A stretch of DNA of 64,000 nt from Octopus sinensis. Lineage: Eukaryota. This document shows positions 35,308 to 54,457 of this stretch, piece by piece (position 1 is the first letter of the stretch; each line of letters begins with the position of its first letter). Under the pieces are notes generated by a model, which worked only from the letters and a program-made list of their open reading frames with translations, searched no databases and had not been told where the DNA came from. The stretch is taken from assembly GCF_006345805.1 (NCBI RefSeq), contig NW_021832606.1, positions 45,668-109,667 of the forward strand. Reading direction: 5' to 3'. A program made the translations under genes and the position numbers.

Positions 35308-36138
35308 AAACCAAATAACTTGTTCTTATCGTTAAAAGCAATAAAAGTTATTTTAAACCCGCTATATTAATAATCAAACTGAGTCTGTATGCTCTTTTAA
35401 TTGATTTACTAGTTGAATTCTATAAAAGGGTTTATATTTTTAAATTAAATCAGTTTATGAGAAAACCTTCAGTATTGTAGGTCTAGGGTCAAATGCTCGA
35501 CCTCATCTAAGGTATTTACAATTATTAAAGTTTTTTAGGAGAAATTTGATTTCGATTATTTTTTTGCTTTAAATAGAACGTTTTCGTGGGATTTATGACA
35601 AATTATACTATTCTACAACAAATGTCGGAACTTAAACTTAAGGGAATTTTAGTAGATTGATGATTCCTATTTGTACTGAGATTAAATATTTAAGAGACCA
35701 AATTTAATTAATTAATCAATAGAATTTTTTTTATTTGAATGCTAAAAGAGAGCTTTAATTGAGTCATTCAGAAAAATATGAATCAATCATTAAAAATCTG
35801 TTCTTATTCAGAACCACTAAATTTCATCAAACTCAGTGATCGCCTTTCGCTAGGTGACTGTTATTATATTTTGAAAATTCTATTTAGGCAATACTAATTA
35901 ACTTTTTCTATAAAATCCTTAGACATTATTGATTATATATCAGGAAGGGATAATTTCTCAAGGAAACAGACAAAGTAACTCCAGATGTTCTGCAGTCATA
36001 AAATCGTATTAAAAATTAATTTAGTAAATTGTTATTTAAACATCAGCTTGTTTAAGAAAAGGAAAATTCGATTAGCGAAGTGACGCTCAGAAAAATATTT
36101 AAACATATGTGACACTTTTTTAAGCACTCGTGTGCATA

Positions 36139-43291
<7,153 letters not shown>

Positions 43292-43902
43292 TAATAACTG
43301 ACTAATGTAACATTTTGTTCAGTAATTCAAATTTACAATTGAATTTATCTCACTACTAAGCACATTAATTACCCACAATGCTGAAACAAAAAGGTGTTTA
43401 TAAAACAAATAAAAAACCCACGAATATACAACTATCATGTAAGCAACCTTCCAAAGGATCCGTCAGAAAGCCACGATCTTCTGAAAACCTCCGTACTTTG
43501 ACTTTGTATACAGACGTGTGTCGATGGTCACTTTCCTTCCCAGGAATGACACACTGACTTTACCCTTCAGCAGGGAGTCTGATTTATAGGAAAGCAAGAG
43601 TGTCATGACCCTCCACTCAGCTTGACAACTATGAATTATCACAACATCAAAAAATTAAAATATTAAGCATCTCTAATTAATAACACGTCGTCTAGGAGAT
43701 ATGTTTGTCACGTGAAATGTAAATCTATATAGCAGATAAATAGTTATAATAAAACAAGGAAAAAATGTTACTTAAGGGTGGCATCCTTAAAAGTTGAGCT
43801 TTCAGTACAAGAGAGAGCCCGGACTGTCGAAAAGAGTAATTAAGAAAGAAATAAACAAAATTAAAAAATAAACAAGAAACGAGGATATTAGAAATTAAAA
43901 GA

Positions 43903-44263
43903 TCAGAATCCGTGTGTTTGAATTTGATCGGCAGTGGCATATTTATGTTCTACCAACAAAGCCTTAAGGCGATCGCGGTGGTCGCCCAAAAAATGAAGGA
44001 CGAGGCCATATTTGTCATGATTGGTGACACCAGCACCAGTCGCTAGTTTCTATACGTGTGAACAAATCGAGACTTTTTTGAAGAGCTTCGCAATTTGTTC
44101 ATAGTCTAATTTTTTATCAAGTCCCTGAACGTAAGTCATCGTTTTACGAGATCCTCGCTGAATAACACGAATGTGAATAACAGATGATAGTGAATCTTCG
44201 AACGAAACTCCAAAATCTGAAATAAAGTACCAAAGACGGACCATCGAGTTTGCTACTTTTCAT
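43903..44263 (-). CDS. EIF1: Translation initiation factor eIF1/SUI1, divergent
   Basis: Two introns (25, 24 nt) removed gives MKSSKLDDFG...IHIRVIQRGSRKTMTYVQGL...FKK|KLATGAGV...YGLVLHFLGDHRDRL...IQTHGF*, with the SUI1 HGF end. Confidence 0.85.
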
Positions 44264-45199
44264 AACACACAGGAGCAACGTGAATGTAATAATTTATTTT
44301 ATATAAACTGATGGATATAAGATTAATTAAATATTATTTTAATGCTTAACTATTTATTTGCCTATATAAACTTAAATAAACTGAGTACTTCATGTTCTTT
44401 TCGTTCTTTATTTTCCATCAAAGATTTTGATTGATCAGACCATAGTACACGTGATAATTTATTTGTCCGTCAGATTACATAACACAATATAATCAGATTA
44501 CATAAAAGTGATTGATAAGTTGCCAAGAAAGCTCGATTCACAAACATGCAGGAGCATCCGCACAAGTTTGTAAGCGAGATCCTCTGTCTTTGCCAAGAAG
44601 ATTCGCTGCATCCATATTCCTTCGAGCGATAAGGAGACCGACTCTTTCAGGAATTTCGATGTTTGTGGTCGGAAGTCTTGAATGTCAGAGGAAGAAAGGA
44701 ATGATGGACGGCGAATTGATTGTAATTCTCGGTTTTGTGGCCTTCAGGAGATGTGAATGAGAGTATCGCAGAATGGGGACCAAGTGTCTGTACAATTAAA
44801 CTTGGATTAAATTTATTTTATCAGTTTCGATTATTTTATAGCGTTTAAAGGATTATAGACGAGTTTTAATTTGTTACAATCCAATAAAATTAATAATCAT
44901 GTGATTTGTAATACAAATATTAACGGGATAATTTACAAAGTAAACATACACCATTATTACACTAATTGATCAGGTAGACAATTCACTTATCAAATAATTG
45001 TGTAAAAATGTGTCAATACAATTAATGAATATGGCTAAATTAATACAACAAAAAGGAGACACAATCAACACAACAGAAAGCATCTCTCACTACTATTTCA
45101 GTTCGACAACTAGTTTAGCTGAGGGTTTCCTATTCACAAGTAAACAGTCTACTTTTATTTATTTGCTATCAGATTCTGATTAAACCAAACCTTATTCAG

Positions 45200-46500
45200 T
45201 GCCCAAATTGCCTTTGAAACCAGCCGGAAGAGCGAAATTTTTGTAAAAATTAGCAAAATTTTTGTAAAAGAGACCACTAAATAGACCGGACGTCGCCTGG
45301 ACTAGATATACACCGATTTTTAAATACATTGGCAGAAACATCCCGATTGGAAGCAGGAACAACCGAAAGAGACACGTCAAAATAATCTCTGTGTTTATTA
45401 CTTCTTAGTCGAAGTCGACGTTGTTCGAACTCTTCCTGATCACTGCCAGATTTATCATCTGCTCGACGCGAGCACAGCGGAGACATTATGGAGTTGAGTA
45501 ACTTTCTTGATCTCGTCTTGAGACCTTTTTTCTTCCTATTCTTTAGCCTATCACCAGGAATTTCCTTGGGGAAGCGAGGACCAACATCTGAGAAAGTTGT
45601 TAATTGAGTGTCAGAGGCATAAACATAATGGAATATTGCTCCTTCAATGCATCATGAGGGAAACACACGACCTTCAACATCACAACCAACCTCCTCAATG
45701 GAAGGAACAACTGAGCACACGCCGGGCCTCGGCAACTCTTAATCGAGGACTACCTTCCAATATCCGATCCAATAACCTATCAGAAGATAGTCTGGTTGGG
45801 TGAGGGGATGAACAAACTACAGACATAAGAAGAGCAGGACAACAATCGTTTTCCATTGCATCGAATGTACCACTCGATCGAGCAATCCGTTCAATTTCAG
45901 CTTCAAATGCCTCTACTTTGAGAAGGAGGAGAGAATTGCTTTCCAAAACAGCCGAGTGGGAACGAAACAGAGAATGAATACGATTCTCCAAAAAAGTATT
46001 CGGTGGGTCAGCACAATTATTGTGAGGAGGCTGAAAGGACTTTAAATTAGTCGCATTTAGTTGAGTCTCCATTATAGACGAATCAGGATGTATTTCACTC
46101 AGATGGGAGTGTTGGAGTGTTGATGAGAAGCCAATGGATCCTTGTTATTTTCAGTTTGACTTCATCAAGTCTCTATCGCAGAGGCAATGGATGTGAACTT
46201 ATATGTTCCCCTGTCCAAAGTCTTATATTGTACCTGCCCTACCTTTCTTCTCTAAAAGACGTGATAATTGGAGAAGACAAGCATCCTCTTTGGTTTGCTG
46301 GCCAAACGCGAATCTGTTCTCTTACGGTCCTGAATGACCGTATAAACAATTTGAGAATCCTTTTCCTTCAAAAATTGCGATAATCAGAGATCCTGGCAGT
46401 TTAATCCTATCATCATTTCTCTCATACAAACCAGGAGGGACTTACAGTGACACACACATAAAGAGTAGACCACCTATTTCTGGGCATCCTAAAAAGTTTT
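45200..46500 (-). CDS. Probable unknown multi-exon gene(s)
   Basis: Open blocks 45695-46072 and 45277-45486, charged C-terminal run and candidate micro-introns. No family recognised; limits uncertain. Confidence 0.3.
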
Positions 46501-46639
46501 CCAACACCTTTGAAAGGAAATATTTAATTCTATTCAAGGAAAATCTTATGCAATATGTAATGATTAATATATTTAGCACGTTTGTAATTTTATTTAATAA
46601 TTGTAATAAATTACGCAATCGTGTATTTTGAGTTTTGTT

Positions 46640-48111
46640 ATGAGGACAAGTCGACATATAGAAGTATATATTTTATTTGTATTTCAGACTAAAAAATCAA
46701 CAACTGTGCCATCGAGAGGCACTAATCCAACACTTCGAAAGACGGGAGCAAGTAAATCTATTTTTAAATCAGACATAGCGACCAAAAAGGCAGAAAGGAA
46801 ACCGTGGGACATACGAGGCCGGCTCGAAGATTTAGAGCTGCAATTCGAGTCAATAAACAAGGAGAAGACGGAGATTTGCTCAAAAAAGGAAAAGAACTCG
46901 ACTGAACTGACCAGCAAAATATCGTATTAATAAATATTCATGTTAAGATTATTAAAACAACAACTCAACGACTTGCACTCTCGAGAACAATCCAAGGATG
47001 ACGAATTGAAATCACTCGAGAAGGAAAGACAGTTTCTAGTCGAACAAATAGAAAGACAATGCGAGAATGTTGAAAGAATAACAACACTTACTGATTTGAT
47101 GAATGTACTCTAGTTCTCTCACTGTAGGCTGGAGTGTGTCAGTCTAATAAGAAAGCCCAGGTCCTCTCAGCCGAGTGGGCTACCAAGAGTGATCAGTTAA
47201 AGAAGGAGGTGATGGAAATTGTAAAATTATCAATGAAAGTGGAATTTTTAAAGGGAGGATTATTGTGATGAGGTTTCAGGGGGGTGTGAGAGTAGTCTGT
47301 CTTGTCAATTCTCCTGAATGCGGGGAGGCGATAAAGATCATAAATTCCCAGCAAATCTCAACAAATAGTCTTCCTCTCAAGCAAGTATAATTACTTTTAT
47401 TCACACACAGTTGAATGGAAGGAGGGATATACGTCCAAATAATTACAACTTTGACATTGTGGTGTGCGGAGAATATTCTGTGGACCAATCTCTACTCAGA
47501 GCAGCCGCATGGGGACAGAATGTGTGTGTTTGTGTATATGGACAAACCTCGGAAAGATTACTACTTCAGTCTATTGAAGAAATAAAAAAGCTGACGAGTG
47601 AAGTGAAGAGAATCGGGGGAGAGTGTAGTCTGTTTTTCTCTGCAGTGGATTTTGAAGATGGGGACATGATAGACTTGCTTCAAAATAGCAGTCGAATCTC
47701 TAAAGAGGTGTCTACTCTATGTTTGGATGAGGATGTCCTTAACCTCGAGTTTGGAGAGAAGAGGTTGGGAGTCCACCGTGTCTTTCAAATCACGATATTT
47801 AATAAGAAGGCAGAGAGGAACGGATTCTTTACATTAGTGGACCTGTCTGTGAATGCAGTGGACTCATCAACTGACGACTTTAATGAACTGTGTTGTGCTC
47901 TGGCTGGCAAGAACACAGTCATTCCACGTCCCAAGACTAGGCTAACCAAGCATATGGAACACATTTTGGTGGCTGGGTGTTTCGTAGTATTTCTCGTCGG
48001 TATATCTTCGATGTGGAGTGATATAGAACAAACTATACTTTCCTTGAACTATGCCAGAAAAGTAGAGATTTGGGTATATATTACTAGATCTATAAAGCAC
48101 GTGTCATCTGA
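46640..48111 (+). CDS. Kinesin-14 (KIFC1/Ncd-like) protein with degenerate motor domain
   Basis: Basic tail, RKPWDIRGRL (cf. KIFC1 RPAWDLKGQL), coiled coil, GGVRVVCLV neck, YNFD, VCVYGQT, DLL, HRVFQI, TLVDL, RLTK and LNYARK. Last exon (ARK|IYKARVI*) inferred. Confidence 0.75.
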
Positions 48112-48160
48112 ATGCACTAAATTAATCCTTCCAAATCAATCGAATTTATCAATATTATGT

Positions 48161-48793
48161 TTATTGTAGATATGTAGCCTGGCGGATTGCCAAACTGTTT
48201 CCCCGGATAATGGCAATCGAGAACCTTGCATTAGCCAGTCCGCCTCCCAGGGTGCGCATTGAGATTTTGGCTCCGAGCTTGCGAAGGAACTTTTCAGTTT
48301 TTGGACCGAGAGCACCCGACGTCTCCGCCGCGATCGGCACCACGGAAAAATTCTCCGAGAGGGCAGAATATTTAAAAAGCTTTAAATCTTCAGCCTTCTT
48401 AGCTGCAGATTTAGCCTCCAGAGCACACGAAGTTAAGTGAGAAGCAGAAAAGGTGTCCCAGCAGGTTGCATCCCATACGAGGCCTTTTCCGCCTTCAAAG
48501 GGAAAAAGGGTTATCCCGTCAGGACGTTTCCCGTCGCCGCGGTCAAGACCCGGTGGTTCGAGAACCGAAGGAAATCCCGCCGAGTCGAGGGCCCTCCGTA
48601 TGATGTCAGCATAGCAGAGTGCCTCGGGAAACGTCCGGCACTCTTCTTGCACAATAAAGGGTGCAGACCGAAAGGGTCAACAGTGCAGCCACAGCGGCAC
48701 GTGTGCGGGACACATTGCCTTAGTCCGAGTCGCAGAGAGACTCCGATCCTTACCGCTTCATCGTCAAGGAGAGTGCCAGAAGAGGAAGGAAAA
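48161..48793 (-). mobile_element. 3' fragment of CRE-like RLE retrotransposon (zinc finger + RLE)
   Basis: LRLG...HTCRCG...GLHPLLC...RH, then [15 protein letters not shown]...LVWDAT...AE..KL.KY...PIAAETSG. One frameshift. Confidence 0.75.
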
Positions 48794-51700
48794 TTTTTAT
48801 TTTAAATAATTAGTTAGAGAGGCTGTTAGTGAGGTAACATAAGGAGACCTTCGGCATTCCTGCCTTTTCGGTCCAGCACACACGCTCGCCTCTCTACACA
48901 ACCACAGGTTAGGACTTACCGTCTTACCTGCCACCCAGTCATTATCTTCTCTAGGACCTCAGGGAGGCCTTTGAGGGACAATTCCTGGGCGTTGGAGAGC
49001 TCATCACGCCATCCTAAGCCATAGGCTAGCCGGATGGCTCGTCTTCTTACTTTCTTAAGCGCGTCAACGTACTTCTCCCTGTCCTCGCAGAAGTGCCAAG
49101 CGTGCACGCCATAGGTTAACACGGGTAACACCATGGCGTTGAACACACGAACCAGGCACCTCTCCTCAAGTGGAAAGCACGCAACGCGCCTAATCGCAGC
49201 ATTGCACGCATTTTAGTACGTGCAATGTGATCATCGAACTTACCTGACTGCTTGAAGACCACGCCCAAGTAAGTCGTCCGATCAACTACAGCGATCGCTG
49301 ACCCGTCCAGCGATAACCTAGGGATAAAATTAGTGTAACCCCTCGTCCTTTTACAGACTTTAAGGACACTGCACTTGTCCACACACATCTTTAGACCCCT
49401 ACTCCCACACCAGTTTACAAGTTCATCCACAGCAACCTGTAGCCTACGACACGCACACTCTGGTTTCATCGACTGATCCCAGAGGATAATGTCGTCTGCA
49501 TAGATCACCATTCCAGTACGAGCATTGACTGGCATAGGTGCAGAGGCCATAAAGATATTAAACAGTGTGGGACTCAGCACAGAACCCTGAGGGACCCCGC
49601 GAAGGACTGTTGCGACTTTAGAAAAGACCCCCTGGTGTCGCACGACCTGACCGCGAGATTCGAGGAACCCCGACAGCCAGCGCCTTAGACACGGAGAAAC
49701 CCCACACGTGGCGAGGGAACTCCGCAGGCCGTCGTGCCACACCGAGTCGAAGGCCTTTTCTATGTCAAGACTAACTAACATACCACACTCCCTTTTCTGG
49801 AGGGCGTTCTTCATTTCGGAAGACACCTTCCACAAGCAGTCTCCACATGAACGACCCTCCCTGAAGCCCCATTGGAACTCCGGGAGGGCGTCAACCACCG
49901 TCAGCTCCTCCAGGAGCCTTCGGTGCATGATCCTTTCTAGGATTTTAGATATAGCGGGAAGCAAGGAAATGGGCCTATATCCCCCGGGGACTTCATGAGG
50001 CTTCCCAGGTTTTCCAATGAGGATTACCTCAGCCACTTTCCACCTGGAAGGAATCATCCCAAGTCGCAAGCTCCCGCTAAACAAAACCTGTAAGGCCGTG
50101 ATCAACAACGGCGGGGCCTTTTTGAAGATGGACATAGGGATCCGATCTAGCCCCGCCGCGGTGTTCTTACTTCGGGAGATCGCTGCCAGGATCTCCCTTT
50201 CGGAAACTTCGCCTGCATCGACCCTTGATATGTCCAGCTGGCAGCGCTTGTCCCAAGACAATACCTCCTGGATAGTAACAAAAGACGACGTCTCTACGAA
50301 CTGACTTCCGTCAGTTCCCGAGATGTTTTGAGGTGGGTTGAAAATATATCAGCCACCTCAACCGGGTCCGAGGCGAGGGTTCCATCAGAGCGCTTAAGGC
50401 GCACTGACTTTGCCTCCCCTCTCCCCGACAGGCTCTTCAGTTGTTTCCAGAAGTCCGGAAAGCGCGGGTCCACTCTTTGGCAGGCCCGCTCCCACCGTGA
50501 ACTTTCGTGTTCACGGATTTCCCTCCGGATCTCCCTTTGAAGCCGGCTGATCCAGCCGCGAAACCAGACACGGTTCTCCTGGTAGACGCATTTGTCCCGC
50601 AGTCTGGACAGCCGGCGCTTGAATCTAATTTTATTTAGCACCCGGTACGGGAGCGTGGAATGTGCCTGGCCCTGTACTGGGTTCTGTTTGAAATTATCTC
50701 GCATATAATCAGACAGGGCAGCATTGATTCCATTATCTAACGCCTCCAACTCTCGTATGTTGGCGCAGGTATTCCCACCAGAAGTGAGGGCAACCTGCTG
50801 GCCATGAACCTCTCCAGGTTGGCCCAGGAACCGGACCGGAGGTCAAAGTATCCTGGGGCCCTTTGAGGAACTGGCTCACGGAGTTCGTGCAATAGAGGCA
50901 GATGGTCGCTCCCAATATCAGGCAATAAGATTGTGTTACTAACCCAATTTAGCATCCCGGGGCTGACCAGAGCAAGGCCTAGCCAGTCTTGTCCTCCCCG
51001 CGAATCGATGTGGTTTGGCTCGCTTGAAGATCTGAATTCCACCCGAGGTCTTCAACCAGCGTCTTTAGAGCCAAACCATGCGCGTTGGTTACCCTGAAAC
51101 CGAGCTCTTGGTGCTTGGCATTCAGGTCCCCAACGACCATCGCCTTCGGATGCTTTCCAAAGAACTCCCGTACGTGCCAAGAACACGCCGTAAAGTTCTT
51201 CGAATACATCGCCCCTAGGTAAAATGTTAAATTACCTATGCGAATCCTCACTTGGAGGAATTCACATAGGCTACAAGAACATAAACCTGAGCTCCGGAGA
51301 GCAAGGTACGGCTTGTAGAAGAGGCTAGTTCCAGTGCCACATGTTGACCCCTGTTTCCAGGGTATGTGACAGCAGTTGTAGCCATCAACTACGTACCGAT
51401 CCTGCTTTAACTTTGTTTCGTTGACCACCAGGATGTTGAGCATCATATCGGCTCCTCGCCAAGGATCTTCTTGGCCTCGGCATAGTTGCGGCGTAGCATA
51501 TCCGCTACACTGCACTTCATCTCCCTACAAAGTGTTATCAGGCGTATACATAACTCCACCGCAGGACTAACACTGTCCTGCGGCACACGCTCGCAAGGGG
51601 GTGAGTGCAATGGCATCTCCACGTATGGAGGAAGCCTTTTCGCCCCCAGGTTTTGCTGGGCGGTGTCACCTGTAGCCGACTCGGAGGGCATCGCAGGCTT

Positions 51701-52921
51701 CGGCATCCGAGCTGACTCGGATGCTTTCACCCGCTTTGCCGGCTTTGTCGGCGACGGCGGTACCGACCCGCTAGCAATGTGGCTCGCAGGCTTCGCCACC
51801 CAAGCGGACTTGGGAGGTTTGGCCTGCTTTGCCTGTTTGCCAGGTTGTGGAGCGGGGGCCGCGACGCTGGGGGTGCGGTGGCTTGCAGGCATCACAGGCT
51901 TCGCCACGCAAGCGGACTTGGGAGGTTTGGCCTGCTTTGCTTGTTTGCCAGGTTTTGGCGCTGGGGCCGCGGCGCTAGGGGTGCGGTGGCTTGCAGGCTT
52001 CACAGGCCTCGCCACCCAAGCGGACTTGGGAGGTTTGGCCTGCTTTACCTGTTTGCCGGTTGGTTGTGCGGGGGCCGCGACGCTAGGGGGGCGACTTACC
52101 TTCGGGATTACATCCCCACCAACCTGTCGGGTTGCCTCCTTGAACTTACGACAACCCTTGAAGTTGGCAGTGTGTCCTAACTTACCACAGTTGACACACT
52201 GCCTCACCATAGGTGGTGAGGGGCATGTCTTGCGACCATGCTCCCCACCGCAGATTAGGATGACGCTCCACCACTTCAAGAGGCGGTTACCCTGCTTGAA
52301 GGTGCAAGGGCAGAGGCACTGGGGTACTCCCGCTGTATGTGTCCTAAAAGATCATTATCCTCGAAGTCCCGGGGGACCCCGAGGAGCAGGACTCTTACCT
52401 GCCTTACCTTTCGTTCAATCCTGACAAGCCGATGCATGCCAGGACCGAACGGGCTGGACTTCTCCAGCTCTCCTTTAAAGCTGAAGAAGTCCTCCTCCTT
52501 CTCCCACCCAAGCAGGAATTGGGTGGGCTCCCTCTTCAGGACTCTATACCGCCTAGATGGCTGTATAGAGTCAAGCGTCCCCAGGATCTTTATGACCGAG
52601 GCCTTTCCACTGGTGGGAAAGACCTCTAGTCTAGCCACCACGCCGAAGGTAATTCTACCCCCGGCGCGAGCGGACTTCTTCGACGGCGGATCCATCTCCG
52701 AAGACGAATTGCGAGAACCTAAGTTGTTAGAAATTGGACGGCAAGCGACACGTTTAGGTTTCCCAACGGTACGCCAGCCGTCCTCATGGGCTACCTGAGC
52801 AGGTTCTACCACATCCCCTTCTGTTCGGGATGGCTTTGCACCCCTTTTTTCTGCTTTAAGATTGTCATTTTTGCGCATCACAGGAAAAACGACCATGCTT
52901 GCACGCTACAATTTATTCAAC
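48794..52921 (-). mobile_element. Near full-length Jockey/I-group LINE (ORF1 gag-like, ORF2 APE + RT), frameshifted
   Basis: ORF1 52896-51443 with CCHC knuckles (CVNCGKLGHTANFKGC). APE NETKL, VVGDLNAKH and GSDHLP. RT YRPISLL, QWGFR, LDIEKAFDSVWHDGL, GVPQGSVLSPTLF and YADD. A-rich tail near 48794-48810. GC-rich against AT-rich flanks. Confidence 0.92.
51783..52090 (-). repeat. 108-bp tandem repeat (~3 copies) coding a 36-aa P/A/K-rich repeat in LINE ORF1
   Basis: caagcggacttgggagg recurs at 51801, 51909 and 52017. Peptide PGKQAKQAKPPKSAWVAKP..PASHRTPS..APA. Confidence 0.9.
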
Positions 52922-54457
52922 CTGATCCTCTGAAAAAATGAGCTCGATTGATATCACACACGTGGAGAAATGAGTAGGGATCTTTATAATTACGCAAATC
53001 TTGCTGAAAATTTTAAAACGCCAGACTAGAGTATATAAAAAGGATTTAGACGGGCTGTAAAAAGCGCATATTATCCAGAAATATTTCAAACTGATCCCCT
53101 TAAAAAATGAGCTCGATTGATATCACACACGTGGAGAACTGAGTAGGGATCTTTATAATTACGCAAATCTTGCTGAAAATTTTAAAAAGCCAGAATAGAG
53201 TATATAAAAAAAATTTAGACGAGCTGTAAAAAACGCATATTATCCAGAAATATTTCAAACTGATCCCCTGAAAAAATGAGCTCGATTGATATCACACACG
53301 TGGAGAACTGAGTAGGGATCTTTATAATTACGCAAATCTTGCTGAAAATTTTAAAAAGCCAGAATAGAGTATATAAAAAGGATTTAGACGAGCTGTAAAA
53401 AACGCATATTATCCAGAAATATTTCAAACTGATCCTTGAAAAAATGAGCTCGATTGATATCACACACGTGGAGAACTGAGTAGGGATCTTTATAATTACG
53501 CAAATCTTGCTGAAAATTTTAAAACGCCAGAATAGAGTATATAAAAAGGATTTAGACGAGCTGTAAAAAGCGCATATTATCCAGAAATATTTCAAACTGA
53601 TCCCCTGAAAAAATGAGCTCGATTGATATTCACACGTGGAGAACTGAGAAGGGATCTTTATAATTACGCAAATCTTGCTGAAATTTTAAAACGCCAGAAT
53701 AGAGTATATAAAAAGGATTTAGACGAGCTGTAAAAAGCGCATATTATCCAGAAATATTTCAAACTGATCCCCTGAAAAAATGAGCTCGATTGATATCACA
53801 CACGTAGAGAACTGAGTAGGGATCTTTATAATTACGCAAATCTTGCTGAAAATTTTAAAAAGCCAGAATAGAGTATATAAAAAGGATTTAGACGAGCTGT
53901 AAAAAGCGCATTTTATCCAGAAATATTTCAAACTGATCCCCTGAAAAAATTAGCTCGATTGATATCACACACGTGGAGAACTGAGTAGGGATCTTTATAA
54001 TTACGCAAATCTTGCTGAAAATTTTAAAACGCCAGAATAGAGTATATAAAAAGGATTTAGACGAGCTGTAAAAAGCGCATATTATCCAGAAATATTTCAA
54101 ACTGATCCCCTGAAAAAATGAGCTCGATTGATATCACACACGTGAAGAACTGAGTAGGGATCTTTATAATTACGCAAATCTTGCTGAAAATTTTAAAAAG
54201 CCAGAATAGAGTATATAAAAAAGATTTAGACGAGCTGTAAAAAGCGCATTATATCCAGAAATATTTCAAACTGATCCCCTGAAAAAATTAGCTCGATTGA
54301 TATCACTCACGTGGAGAACTGAGTAGGGATCTTTATAATTACGCAAATCTTGCTGAAAATTTTAAAACGCCAGAATAGAGTATATAAAAAGGATTTAGAC
54401 GAGCTGTAAAAAGCGCATATTATCCAGAAATATTTCAAACTGATCCCCTGAAAAATG
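52922..54457. repeat. 169-bp tandem satellite, 9 units + 18 bp
   Basis: ctgatc(c)cctgaaaaaatgagctcgattgatatcacacacgtggag... starts at 52922, 53091, 53260, ... 54440. Confidence 0.97.

Noticed and set aside
47254-47279. GG-AG non-canonical intron in the kinesin neck
   Set aside because: A canonical GT..AG intron 47239-47279 (41 nt) restores an equally good MKGGVRV junction.
53215-54100. ORFs MKYFWII... in the 169-bp array
   Set aside because: By-products of the satellite; the unit is not a multiple of 3.
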